A stretch of 64,000 bases of DNA, taken from positions 98,453 to 162,452 of the forward strand of contig JAAEPZ010000591.1 of assembly GCA_024231955.1 (NCBI GenBank), written 5' to 3'. This document shows, piece after piece, positions 10,572-21,247 of the stretch. A program made the position numbers and the translations under genes. Positions within the stretch are counted from its first letter, which is position 1; every line of letters begins with the position of its first letter. The notes under the pieces are model-generated. The model was not told the origin of the DNA, did not search any database, and saw nothing but the letters and a program-made list of their open reading frames with translations. The DNA comes from a bacterium (lineage in GTDB: Bacteria; Krumholzibacteriota; Krumholzibacteriia; JACNKJ01).

Positions 10572-11461
10572 GCGACGCCATGAAGCGAACCGATCAGCAT
10601 CCTCTGGACGATATTCTCCGCAGCGACCGCCTGCCGCATATCTGGTGCGCGACTTGCGGCATCGGCACCGTGGTCAAGTGTTTCGCCGAGGCGATCCAGC
10701 GAACCGAGATCCCGCTGGACGACGTTGCCGTCGTTTCGGGGATCGGTTGTACCGGTCGCGTGGCCGGCTACGTGAAATTGGATTCCTACCATACGACCCA
10801 TGGGCGGGCCATTCCCTTCGCCACGGGTTTGAAGCTGGCCAACCCCAGGCTCAAGGTCGTGGTGTTCAGCGGTGACGGCGATCTTTCCGCGATCGGTGGG
10901 AATCACCTGATCCATGCCGCCCGGCGCAATATGGACCTCACCGTCATCTGTGTGAACAACTTCATCTACGGCATGACGGGCGGGCAGGCGGCGCCGACGA
11001 CGCCGAACACCGCCAACACCTCGACGACCCCTTTCGGCGCGTTCGAACCGCCCTTCAATCTGCAGAAGCTGCTTGAAGCGTGCGGCGCCAGTTACCAGGC
11101 GCGCTGGACATCGCTGCATGTCCGGCGTCTGACCAACTCGATGACCGAAGCCCTGCTCAAACCGGGATTCAGTTTTGTCGAGGCGATCGCGCCCTGCTCC
11201 ACGCTCTACGCGCGACGCAACCGTCTGGGTAGCGGTTTCGACCTGATGAAGTTTTACCACGACAACAGCGAGATCCAGCATGGAGCCGATCCTCGTGAGG
11301 TGGATATCTCCTTCCAGGATTCAATCATCGTGGGCAAGTTCATTGATCGCGAGCGTCCGACCTGGCAGCAACTCAATGATGCACAGCACAACCGGTCCCT
11401 GGGCGAGAAGTACTTCCGCCACGACATTGTGGAGGCCGGTGGGGAGGTGAGCGATGCCTAG
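10568..11461 (+). CDS. korB: 2-oxoacid:ferredoxin oxidoreductase beta subunit (TPP-binding)
   Basis: WCATCG, SGIGC, HGRA, GDGD...NN, YGMTGGQ. Confidence 0.93.
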   Translation: MSDAMKRTDQHPLDDILRSDRLPHIWCATCGIGTVVKCFAEAIQRTEIPLDDVAVVSGIGCTGRVAGYVKLDSYHTTHGRAIPFATGLKLANPRLKVVVFSGDGDLSAIGGNHLIHAARRNMDLTVICVNNFIYGMTGGQAAPTTPNTANTSTTPFGAFEPPFNLQKLLEACGASYQARWTSLHVRRLTNSMTEALLKPGFSFVEAIAPCSTLYARRNRLGSGFDLMKFYHDNSEIQHGADPREVDISFQDSIIVGKFIDRERPTWQQLNDAQHNRSLGEKYFRHDIVEAGGEVSDA

Positions 11462-11987
11462 AACCGAGATCCGGATCACCGGCTACGGCGGGCAGGGCGT
11501 TATCCTGACCGGCTACATCTTCGGCAGGGCGGCAGCGATCCATGCGGATCTGCACTCCACGATGACGCAGAGTTTCGGGCCGGAGGCGCGTGGCAGCGCC
11601 TGCAGCTCGGCTCTGGTCGTGGATGACGGCATAATCGCCTACCCCTACCTGAACGATACCGACGTACTGATCGCCCTCTCACGCGAGGGTTACGAGAAGT
11701 ACAAAGTGGAATTGAAGACGGGTGGGACGCTGATCTACGACAGTGACATGGTGCAGCCGCAGGATACGGGCGATGTACGGATGTACGGCGTCCCGGCGGC
11801 CCGCATCGCCGAGGAACTTGGCAATCGCATCGTGCAGAACATCGTTGTTGTCGGATTCACGACTGCCGTCACGGATCTGGTGGATGTCGAAGCGGTGAAA
11901 AAATCGGTCAAGGGTTCCGTGCCCAGCGCGCTGGTCGACATGAACCTGGAGGCCTTCAGAAAGGGTTATGAGTTCTATCAAAAGTAA
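11454..11987 (+). CDS. korC: 2-oxoacid:ferredoxin oxidoreductase gamma subunit
   Basis: [23 protein letters not shown] motifs. Confidence 0.9.
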   Translation: MPRTEIRITGYGGQGVILTGYIFGRAAAIHADLHSTMTQSFGPEARGSACSSALVVDDGIIAYPYLNDTDVLIALSREGYEKYKVELKTGGTLIYDSDMVQPQDTGDVRMYGVPAARIAEELGNRIVQNIVVVGFTTAVTDLVDVEAVKKSVKGSVPSALVDMNLEAFRKGYEFYQK

Positions 11988-14900
11988 AGGGATCTTGGTC
12001 ATCGGGGCCGGAATCACGGGAATACAGACCTCTCTTGATCTCGCGCACGCCGGGTTCCGGGTTCACCTGCTCGAACGTTCGCCCTCTATCGGCGGTCGGA
12101 TGAGTCAGTTGGACAAGGTATTCCCGACGGTCGACTGCTCTATATGAATCCTGGGTCCCTTGATGATGGATGCCGGTCGGCATCCCGGGATCGAATTGCA
12201 TACTCTCTCCGAGCTCACGGGGCTGCGCGGACGTGCCGGTGCCTTCAGAGCCACCGTCCGTAAGCATCCGCGTTATGTGGACCCGGAGCTGTGCGTTGCC
12301 TGCGGTCGTTGCACCGACGTGTGTCCGCAGGTGCGTCCGAATCCGTATGATATCGGACTGAAATCCGCGAAGGCCATCGACCGTCTGTTTCCTCAGGCCG
12401 TGCCCGCCGCCTATCACATCGATAAGGATGTCTGCCTCAACGACAACATTATGTACTGCGAGCGCTGTATCCGCGCCTGCGAGCCCGACGCGATCGATTT
12501 CGATCAACGCGAGGAGACGTTGGAGCTGGAGATCGGGTCGGTGATCGTGGCCACCGGTTTCGATGAACTCGATCCGCGCGAACTGCTCCCTTTTGGTTAC
12601 GGAAGTTCGCGCAATGTGCTGACCGGCCTGGAGTTCGAACGGCTGCTGTGCGCAACCGGACCGACCGGCGGGCACGTCGTGCGTCCCACCGATCTCAAGG
12701 TGCCGGAGCGTATCCTCTTCGTGCAGTGTGTGGGCTCTCGTGGTGAGGGGGGACGTTCCTACTGCTCCCGCTACTGTTGCATGAACTCCGTGAAGTCCGC
12801 GATGCTTGCCCACGAGCATGAACCGACTCTGAAGGGGAGCACGCTGCTCTTCACCGATATGCGCGCCGATGGGCGCGGCTACGATGCTTTCGTCGAGCGC
12901 TGCCTGGAGAGGGATCAGATCAGCACCATGCGGGGACGTCCGGCGAAGATCGAGGAGAACCCCGAGACGGGCGATCTGAGCGTCTGGGTCGAAGATTTCG
13001 AAGCCGGCAGGCCAACCCGCATCGAGGCGGGTATGGTCGTGCTCTCCTCTGCTGCCCTGCCCGCCGGTGGGACGCCCGAGCTGGGACGTATTCTGAGGAT
13101 CGAATTGGATGAAAGCGGTTTCGTCAAACGGAAGTGTCCGGACGAATCGCCGACCAAAACGACACGTCCCGGCATCTATGTGGCCGGCAGTGCCGGTTCA
13201 CCCGCAATAATCCCCGAGTGCGTGGCGCAGGGTGCCGCCGCCGCATCCGCCGCGAGTACACACGTCCTTGCCGAGCGCAACACGAAGGAGCAGGGTGAGC
13301 ATGTCGCTCCCATCGATTCCTCCGGTCCGCCGCGCATCGGCGTCTTTGTCTGCCACTGTGGAGCCAACATCGCAGGGGTGGTCAACGTTCAGGAGCTGCG
13401 CGAGGAGGCGGCGAAGCTGCCCGGCGTGGTCTATGCCGGGGATGAACATTTCGCCTGCGCCGAGATCTCCCAGAAGGTCATCGAAGAGGTGATCACCGAG
13501 CACAAGCTCAACCGTATCGTTGTCGCCGCCTGCACGCCGCGCACTCACGAACCGGTGTTCCGCGATGTCCTCAGTCGACGCGGTCTCAATCCCTTCCTGT
13601 TCGAGATGGTCAACATTCGCGATCAGTGCACCTGGGTGCATTCGGATGTGCCCGATGAGGCGCAGGCGCGCGCGCGTGATCAGATCCGTATGAGCGTGGC
13701 GCGCGCCGCGCGACTGGAGCCGCTGACTCCGATTCGGGTGGACGTCAATCGACGCGTCGTCGTGATTGGCGGCGGCATCTCCGGAATCCGCGTGGCGCTT
13801 GATCTGGCTGCGCAGGAGTTCGAGGTGACGCTGGTTGAGGTTGACGAGCAGATGGGGGGCGTGACGGCGAAGCTGGGTACGGCTGTCGGCGAACCCGGTC
13901 AAGCGCTGACCACGCTGAAGAGGCAACTGAAGCGCTCACCGGTCAGAGTGTTGCGGCAAACGGATATTGCCCGCGTTGATGGTTACGTCGGCAACTTCAT
14001 CCTAACACTCCACCCGGGCGAAGAGGAGTTGACCGCCGGTGCGATCGTGCTGGCGATCGGCGCCAAGCCGTACGATCCCACGGGACGGTTCGGTTTCGGA
14101 ACGAAGAGCAATGTCATTACTAATCTGGATCTCGAACGCCGCCTCAGGGATGAGAGTGATGTCCTCGGCGGAGGTGAGGGGGGTGTCCCGGCTACCGCGG
14201 TGATTATCCAGTGTGTCGGTTCCCGCTGCCGGGAGGAGGGGTGCAACCAGGGGTGCTCCCGCTACTGCTGCCCGTCGACGGTCAAACAGGCGCTCAAGCT
14301 GGCGGCGCTGGGTACGCGCGTTACGGTGCTCTATCGCGACATGCGCATGGTGGGGCCGGGTATGGAGGCCCTGTATCGCGAAGCCCGCGGAGCGGGTGTT
14401 CTGTTCGTGCGTGTTCCGGACGGTGGGCAAATGACGGTTGTCGGCGATACTCTGGCCGAGGCTGTCGTCGCCGATGACATGCTGCCCGACCGCGAGATTG
14501 AAGCGCCCGCCGAATTGGTGATCCTGGCCGTCGGGCTGGTTCCCGACAATGAGTTGATTTTGCGTATCAAGGAGCTCCTGAAGACTCCGGTTGGTCCCGA
14601 TGGCTTCCTGATGGAGCGTCATCCCGAACTGGGGCCGGTCGAAACTGTCGTGGACGGAGTATTCGTCTGCGGTACGGTCACCGGAGCCAAGTCGATTGCC
14701 GACTCCCTGGCCGAAGCCGGAGCTGCCGCGGGCAAGGTCAGCCGCCTGCTGTCGCGACAGGCGCTGACGCTGGAGCCGACCGTGGCCGAGGTTGATCGTC
14801 TGCTCTGCCGCGCGTGCGGCAAGTGTGTCGAGATCTGCGAGTATCAGGCCCCCTCCCTGGCTGATGACATGTTCGGTTTGCAGGCGGCGTCGATCAACAA

Positions 14901-15027
14901 GGCCTCCTGCAAGGGCTGCGGCACCTGCGTCTCCTGGTGTCCGACGGGAGCGATCAAGGCCTGCCACTTCACCGATGGTCAGATCGAGGCGATGATGGAA
15001 ACGATGCTGCAGTGGGAGAAGATGTGA
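11968..15027 (+). CDS. hdrA: Large HdrA-like flavoprotein with two FAD modules; probable selenoprotein (UGA 12145-12147 read as Sec)
   Basis: ATG 11968 gives [18 protein letters not shown]...[16 protein letters not shown] in frame with track ORF 12160-15027; the first 59 codons (Rossmann GxG motif) are missing from the ORF track; multiple ferredoxin motifs, QCVGSR, CSRYCC; SECIS-like hairpin downstream of the UGA. Confidence 0.9.
12168..12185 (+). promoter_or_regulatory. Bacterial SECIS-like hairpin (copy 1)
   Basis: Perfect inverted repeat GGATGCC-GGTC-GGCATCC 20 nt after the in-frame UGA, with an apical GU. Confidence 0.8.
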
Positions 15028-15494
15028 ATAACAGCGATTTCGAACCGCGGATAGTGGTGTTTGCCTGCAACTGGTGTTCGTACGCCGGAGCCGATACGGC
15101 TGGCGTCAGCAGGTTGCAGCACTCGCCCAAATTCCGGGTCATCCGGACCATGTGTTCGGGGCGTGTCAATTCGGTGCATATCCTCAAGGCCTTCGAGATG
15201 GGGGCCGACGGAGTCCTGGTGTCCGGATGTCACATCGGCGATTGTCACTACATGTTCGGCAATCACTGGGCGATCAAGCAGTTCGATGTCACGCGCGATC
15301 TGCTCAACATGCTTGGCCTGGAGGAGGCGCGCACGCGGCTGGAATGGGTGTCTGCGGCGGAGGGTCCCAAGTGGGCCTCCCTGATCGATGAATTCGTGAC
15401 CACGATTCAGCAGCTCGGTCCCAGCCCGCTGCGGGGGGAATCCACCGAGGAGTCCTTCGGCGACCGTGAGATCGACATGGAGGTGAACGGGTAA
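15024..15494 (+). CDS. mvhD: MvhD-like [2Fe-2S] subunit
   Basis: [37 protein letters not shown] start overlaps the hdrA stop (GTGA). Confidence 0.9.
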   Translation: MNNSDFEPRIVVFACNWCSYAGADTAGVSRLQHSPKFRVIRTMCSGRVNSVHILKAFEMGADGVLVSGCHIGDCHYMFGNHWAIKQFDVTRDLLNMLGLEEARTRLEWVSAAEGPKWASLIDEFVTTIQQLGPSPLRGESTEESFGDREIDMEVNG

Positions 15495-16603
15495 TGGCGA
15501 ATACCGAATTGAAAGGGGCCATGCGCTGTCTGGACTGCGGTAAATGCACATCCGCCTGTCCCGTGGCGCGCTTCAATCTTGTCCTCTCTCCCCGGAGATT
15601 GATCCGGCAGCTCGGTTGCGGAGTGGATGCGGGTTGCGGCGACGCGCTCTGGTCCTGTCTGACCTGCGGCCGCTGTGATGCGGTTTGTCCGCAAGAGGTG
15701 CCGATCACCGCCGCCATGCCGCTGCTGCGCGCCGATGTGCGTGCGGAGGGGGGCAAGCCGCCCTTCACACGCTGCGGAGCGATGGAGAGCGTGGCGACGA
15801 TTCAGTCGCAGGGGCCCGTTCCCCAGAACCGGCTGGAGTGGCTCACCGACGACCTGCGCACCGACCCGGAGAGCAAAACGCTGCTCTTCATAGGCTGCAC
15901 CCCCTACTTCGACAAGTTCTTCGTCGAGCACGATGTCGATACCCTGGCGGCGGTGAAGGGGGCGATCCGGATTCTCAATGCAATGGGCATAGAGCCCGCC
16001 GTGCTGGCCGATGAGCGCTGTTGCGGACACGATGCACTCTGGTCCGGGGACGAAAAGACCTTCAGCGATCTGGCTCATCTGAATCTGGAGATGTTCGCCA
16101 AGGCCGCACCCGATCTGATCGTGACGGTCTGCCCGGAATGCTCACTGACCCTCGGGCGCACCTACCCGGAACGTTTTGAAGCGCCCGGCTGTCCGGTCAA
16201 ACACATCACCGAGGTGGTCTCGGAGCATTACGAGGAGCTGGAGTTCACCGCACGCGAGCTGACGGTGACTTTCCAGGATCCATGTCGATTGGGGCGTCAT
16301 CAGGATCTGTATGTCGAGCCGCGCGAGGGGCTCGAGATGATTCCCGACCTCGAACTGAGAGAGATGCCGCGGAATAGGGCGGCAGCCGTTTGTTGCGCGG
16401 GCTCATGGCTCACCTGTAATCAGGCGAGCAAGAAGATTCAATCCGATCGCCTCGCGGAGGCAGAGGCGACCGGGGCGGAACTGATGGTGACGGCCTGTCC
16501 CAAGTGCCTGATCCATTTCCGCTGCTCTCAATCCGGCGTCGGGGAGGAGCCCGGGATCGAGATCCGGGACTTCGCAGACCTGCTCGCCGAGTCACTGCAA
16601 TAG
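15494..16603 (+). CDS. HdrD/GlpC-like Fe-S oxidoreductase (2x[4Fe-4S] plus two CCG domains)
   Basis: [33 protein letters not shown] and DPC..CCAG..CPKC. Confidence 0.85.
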   Translation: MANTELKGAMRCLDCGKCTSACPVARFNLVLSPRRLIRQLGCGVDAGCGDALWSCLTCGRCDAVCPQEVPITAAMPLLRADVRAEGGKPPFTRCGAMESVATIQSQGPVPQNRLEWLTDDLRTDPESKTLLFIGCTPYFDKFFVEHDVDTLAAVKGAIRILNAMGIEPAVLADERCCGHDALWSGDEKTFSDLAHLNLEMFAKAAPDLIVTVCPECSLTLGRTYPERFEAPGCPVKHITEVVSEHYEELEFTARELTVTFQDPCRLGRHQDLYVEPREGLEMIPDLELREMPRNRAAAVCCAGSWLTCNQASKKIQSDRLAEAEATGAELMVTACPKCLIHFRCSQSGVGEEPGIEIRDFADLLAESLQ

Positions 16604-16625
16604 AGGAGGAAAGGAGGTGAACCGT

Positions 16626-19055
16626 ATGCCGAAAGCTCTACCCCGTATAGGAGTCTTCGTTTGCGATTGCGGCTCGAACATAGCCGGAACCGTGGACACC
16701 CAGGCGGTAACCGATTACGCCACCACTCTGCCCGGAGTCGTCGCGGTAGTGAGGAACAAGTACACGTGCGCCGAACCTGGACAGCAGGAGATCAAGAAGG
16801 CGATCGTGGAGGAGAAGCTGGAGCGTGTCGTCGTGGCGTCCTGTACGCCGCGGATGCATGAGCCGACTTTCCGTGGATGTGTCTGGGATGTCGGTTTGAA
16901 CCCCTATCTCATGGAGATGGCGAATCTTCGTGAACACTGTTCCTGGGTGCATGGAGACGACAAGGAGGGCGCCACCGCCAAGGCCAAGGATCTGGTTGCC
17001 AGCGCAGTCGCGCGTGCAGCCAAACTCGAGGCTCAGGAGGAGGCTGTCTTCCCGGTCACCAAAGCGGCGCTGGTGATCGGTGGAGGCATTACCGGGATTC
17101 AGGCCGCCATGGATCTGGCGGACGCCGGTCATCAGGTCTATCTGGTCGAGAAGGAGGCGAGTATTGGCGGGATCATGGCCCAGCTTGACAAGACCTATCC
17201 CACCATGGACTGCTCGATATGAATTCTCGGACCAAAGATGATGGATGCCGGTCGGCATCCCCTGATCAAATTGATGAGTTACAGCGAGATTGAGGACGTC
17301 AATGGTTACGTCGGCAATTTCAAGGTTACGGTTCGCAAGAAGGCGCGCTACGTGGACGAAACCGTCTGCAACAGTTGCGGTGAGTGCGAGAAGGTGTGTC
17401 CCGCAATCCATCCGGACGAGTTCCAGATGGGGTTGGCGACACGGAAGGCTGTGCACCTGCCCTTCCCGCAGGCCGTGCCGTCGGCCTACCTGATCAACAT
17501 GGAGAATTGCCTGGGCACGAATCCCATCGCCTGCGGCAAGTGCGCCGAGGTCTGCGAGAAGAATGCCATCAACTATGATATGCAGGATGAGATCGTCGTC
17601 CTGGATATAGGTGCGATCGTGGTGGCGACGGGGATCGATGTCTACGATCCCACGCAGCAGGATGAATACGGCTATACGCGATTCCAGAACGTGATTACGA
17701 GTATGGAGTTCGAGCGGCTTATCTGTGCTGGAGGGCCGACGGTCGGCCATCTGGTGCGGCCGGGTGATCACACCACGCCGCTGCGGATCGGTTTCATCCA
17801 GTGTGTCGGTTCCCGTTCGCTGCGCGATGGGGCGGGTTTCTGCAGCAACATCTGCTGCATGAACACGGTCAAGGATACGCTGCTGATTCGCGATCATTAT
17901 CCCGACGCCGAGTGCTCGGTCTTCTATATCGACATCCGCGCGTTCGGTAAGGGATTCGAGGATCTTTACGACAAGAGTCGCGAGGCCGGCGTCAAGTACA
18001 TCCGCGGTATTCCGGGTGAGATTACGGAGGACCCCGCCACCGGCAATCTGCGCATGGTGGTGGAGAACACGACTACGCGGTCGATCGAGGAGCACGAGTT
18101 CGACATGATTGTGCTGTCGGTCGGTGTGCGGCCCCGAGCGGACGGCGGCGATATCCGTCGACATTTGACGCTGTCGCAAACCTCCGATGGTTTTCTGATG
18201 GAGGCCCATCCCAAGCTCAAGCCGGTGGACGCGCCGACGCGCGGCGTGTATATCGCGGGTTGCGCCGAAGCACCGAAGGACGTCAAGGAGAGCGTGACCC
18301 AGGCCAGCGCCGCTGCGGCGAGGGCGGGCGTATTGCTCAATGCGGGGAAGGTGACCGTGGAGGCGATCACCTGTACCATCGACAATGATCTCTGTCACGG
18401 TTGCGGAGCCTGCGAAAAGGTCTGCCCCTATGGAGCGATCACCGTGGATAAGGGGGCAAAAACGGCAGCGGTGGTTGAAGCCGCCTGTGCCGGATGCGGC
18501 ACCTGTGGTTCCGCTTGCCGATTCGATGCGATCACGATGCGGCATTTTACGGATGCGCAGATCGTGGCCCAGGTCGACGCCCTGCTGGCGGAGCGGCAGA
18601 GCGGGAAGGTTATCGTCTTCGCCTGCAACTGGTGCTCCTATGCAGGGGGCGATACCGCAGGCACGAGCCGCATGCTTTATCCCGCGAGTAATCGTTTGAT
18701 CCGTACGATGTGCAGCGGGCGAATCTCCGAGGAGTTCGTGCTGCGCGCGTTCCGCAAAGGGGCGCCGATAGTGCTGGTTTCCGGTTGCCACTTCGCGGAT
18801 TGCCACTACATCGACGCAAACCGTCAAACAGTCAAACGTGTTTATCGCTTGTGGAAGCAGTTGGAGAAGCTGGGGATTCGCACCGAACGGCTGCAGTTGG
18901 AATGGATCAGCGCGGCCGAGGGTCCCAAATTCCAGAAGACGATGCGCGAGATGGAGGAGTTGCGTGCCCAGGTGACCCAGGAGGAGATCGATCACACCGT
19001 GAAGGTGTTGACCGAGCAATTCGAGAAGCGTCGCCTGAAAAAAGTGAGGAGCTGA
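16626..19055 (+). CDS. hdrA: HdrA-MvhD fusion; probable selenoprotein (UGA 17220-17222 read as Sec)
   Basis: AGGAGG RBS then ATG; track ORFs 16617-17222 and 17238-19055 are in frame across DCSI*ILGP; N-terminal [24 protein letters not shown] motif, ferredoxin inserts, C-terminal FACNWCSY...GCHFADCHY MvhD domain. Confidence 0.92.
17243..17260 (+). promoter_or_regulatory. Bacterial SECIS-like hairpin (copy 2)
   Basis: GGATGCCGGTCGGCATCC, identical to copy 1 and also 20 nt after the UGA. Confidence 0.8.
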
Positions 19056-19059
19056 CGGC

Positions 19060-19224
19060 ATGGAAAAGATGTGGGTGTTCAAGTGTCAGCGCTGCGGTTG
19101 TGATTATCAGGAGGTCTACGACCCCAAGGCGGCGCTGCGGGAGAGATCCTGCCCGCAGTGTCGCTCCAACAGCGTGCGCCCGTTGCACGATGTCGATTCG
19201 ACGAAAAGACAGGCGAAGGGATAA
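19060..19224 (+). CDS. Small zinc-ribbon/rubredoxin-like protein (54 aa), absent from the ORF track
   Basis: MEKMWVFKCQRCGCDYQEVYDPKAALRERSCPQCRSNSVRPLHDVDSTKRQAKG; two CxxC; GAGGAG upstream; fills the hdrA-hdrC gap. Confidence 0.75.
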   Translation: MEKMWVFKCQRCGCDYQEVYDPKAALRERSCPQCRSNSVRPLHDVDSTKRQAKG

Positions 19225-19230
19225 GCGACG

Positions 19231-19731
19231 ATGAAGGAGAAAAAACGGGTGCGGATCAGTCATGATTTCCGAGAGCAGTTGGGGCTTGTGCTCGAGGGGG
19301 ATGGCGTCAATTACTGTTACCAGTGCGGTGCCTGCGTGGGGGACTGCCCCACCGCCCGCTTCAGTGAGGATTTCAACCCGCGGACCATCATGCAGTCCGT
19401 TCTCTATGGCCTGAAAGAGGAGATCGCCTCGGATACGCTGCCTGTCTGGATGTGCTCCAATTGCTTCACCTGTTTTGACCGCTGCCCGCAAGAGGTCAAG
19501 CCGATTGAGGTGATCATCGCCCTCAAGAATCTGATGGCGAGTGAGGGGATCGTTCCGAAAGGTGTGGAGGCGGCTGCTGCAGGTATCCTGAAAACGGGGC
19601 GCAGCGCGATAGTGTCCAATACCACCGTACGTCGTCGTGAGGAGTTGGGACTGCCGCCCCTGGAGGAGCTGGATGCCGGGGAATTACGTACCCTTCTGGA
19701 TGCGGACGCAAATGGGGAGGGGGAAAAATGA
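19231..19731 (+). CDS. hdrC: Heterodisulfide reductase subunit C
   Basis: CYQCGACVGDCP and CSNCFTCFDRCP; precedes hdrB. Confidence 0.9.
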   Translation: MKEKKRVRISHDFREQLGLVLEGDGVNYCYQCGACVGDCPTARFSEDFNPRTIMQSVLYGLKEEIASDTLPVWMCSNCFTCFDRCPQEVKPIEVIIALKNLMASEGIVPKGVEAAAAGILKTGRSAIVSNTTVRRREELGLPPLEELDAGELRTLLDADANGEGEK

Positions 19732-20591
19732 AGCTGGCCTTCTTTCCCGGATGCATGATTCAGGTGAGATTCCCGCAGATGGAGGCGGCGGTGCGGAAAA
19801 CCGCGCCGGCGCTCGATGTCGAGTTGATAGACCTGCCTGGACTTGGCTGTTGTCCTGACCCCGTCTTCTTTAAATCGCTGCACAAACTTGATTGGTTGAC
19901 CCTTGCCGCCCGCAACCTGGCGATCGCCGAGCAGGCGGGACTCGATTTCGTCACGATCTGCAGCGGATGCACCGAGACGCTGGCGGAGGCCTCCCATCTG
20001 CTCAATGATGATGCTGATCTGCGCGGACAGGTAAACGAACGTCTGCACAAAATCGGCATGGAGTACAACGGTGGAGTGGCGACGCGTCATCTGATCACCG
20101 TGTTGCGGGACAATCTGGGGTTCGAACGGCTGACTGCTTCGGTGACTCGTCCTCTGACCGGTTTGCGTGTTGGAGTGCACTACGGTTGTCATCTACTAAA
20201 GCCGCGTAAGATCATGCAAGTCGATGATCCGGATCACCCCACGGTGTTCGAGGATATGCTGCGGGCCATCGGCGCCGAGCCTGTCGATCATGTGGAGCGG
20301 GTGATCTGCTGCGGCAAATCGTGCCGCGATTGCAACTTGCCTGAGGAGATGACATTGACGGTATTGAGATCGCTCAAGACGGCAGAGGTCGACATGATGG
20401 GGGTGATTTGCCCATCGTGTTTCGATTCCTTCGATATCGGGCAGATCAAGATCTCCCGCAAACACAAGCTGGGCTACACAATCCCGCCCGTCTACTACTT
20501 CCAGTTGCTTGCGTTGGCTCAAGGGCTGACGCCGGCAGAGGTCGGATTGGACAAGCATAAGATCAAGTCGGAGAGACTGCTGACTTTGTAG
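19728..20591 (+). CDS. hdrB: Heterodisulfide reductase subunit B (two CCG domains)
   Basis: FPGC, CCPDP, ARNLA, CSGC, HYGCH, CCG, CPSC. Confidence 0.92.
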   Translation: MKLAFFPGCMIQVRFPQMEAAVRKTAPALDVELIDLPGLGCCPDPVFFKSLHKLDWLTLAARNLAIAEQAGLDFVTICSGCTETLAEASHLLNDDADLRGQVNERLHKIGMEYNGGVATRHLITVLRDNLGFERLTASVTRPLTGLRVGVHYGCHLLKPRKIMQVDDPDHPTVFEDMLRAIGAEPVDHVERVICCGKSCRDCNLPEEMTLTVLRSLKTAEVDMMGVICPSCFDSFDIGQIKISRKHKLGYTIPPVYYFQLLALAQGLTPAEVGLDKHKIKSERLLTL

Positions 20592-20597
20592 GGGGAA

Positions 20598-20624
20598 GGG
20601 CTGAATCCAGAGGGGATTCAGCCC
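20598..20624. terminator. Hairpin between convergent genes (probable terminator)
   Basis: GGGCTGAATCC-N5-GGATTCAGCCC, 11-bp stem; weak U-tract. Confidence 0.6.
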
Positions 20625-20632
20625 GTTGAAGG

Positions 20633-21247
20633 TTAACGGTGCCGTTGCCAGTCCAGCTCCGTAACGTAGTGTTCCATCTCCTGCCACAGAGTCTTCATAT
20701 CGCAATGCATCACGATCAGATCCTGCTTCTTGCCGTCCAGGTCGCGCACGTAATCCTTGAGGACCGCCTCCTCTTTGAACCCCAGCCCTTTGACGATACT
20801 ATAGGCAGCCATCTGCGGACGCATGAGCTGTACAACGATCTCCTCGACCTTCTTCCGCATAGCCAGCATGAAGAGCTCTCTTGCTATCAACTTGCCGAGA
20901 CCCTTACGCCTGAACTTCCTGCCTATGATCATCCGCATCTCGGCCACATGCCTCTTCCAGTGATCGCTTTGCAATTCGAGGACACCGGTTGCGATAACCT
21001 GATTGCCAACGAGAACGATGAGGCGATTGAGATTGTCGCTGCCTTCGATGGCCCGAATTCTATTTTCAATTTCCGATCGTTTCGTGACATCAAAACGTAA
21101 ATAATTCCTATCCGCTTTCGACAGGGTGGAAAAAAAGGAGTATGTGGCATCGATGTCGGTGAGCTCGATTGGTCGAATTACAACATCCGCTCCAATCCTG
21201 AGCGAAGTCATATTCTTCAGTGAATCTGCAAGTACTGGTTGTGACAT
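20633..21247 (-). CDS. GNAT family N-acetyltransferase
   Basis: VIRPI, FRRKGLGK acetyl-CoA motif A, GLGF. Confidence 0.85.
   Translation of the reverse strand: MSQPVLADSLKNMTSLRIGADVVIRPIELTDIDATYSFFSTLSKADRNYLRFDVTKRSEIENRIRAIEGSDNLNRLIVLVGNQVIATGVLELQSDHWKRHVAEMRMIIGRKFRRKGLGKLIARELFMLAMRKKVEEIVVQLMRPQMAAYSIVKGLGFKEEAVLKDYVRDLDGKKQDLIVMHCDMKTLWQEMEHYVTELDWQRHR

Noticed and set aside
12145..17222. Reading the hdrA UGA codons as nonsense mutations (pseudogenes) or as genome-wide UGA reassignment
   Set aside because: Two independent stops at the same Cys-equivalent codon, each with an identical hairpin, are unlikely by decay. UGA ends other genes at their expected C-termini (efp, korA, maeB), so the code is standard.
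15025..19055. Sec readthrough of the terminal UGA codons of hdrA1 (15025) and hdrA2 (19053)
   Set aside because: No SECIS-like hairpin follows, the next genes are in other frames with their own starts, and the domains are complete.
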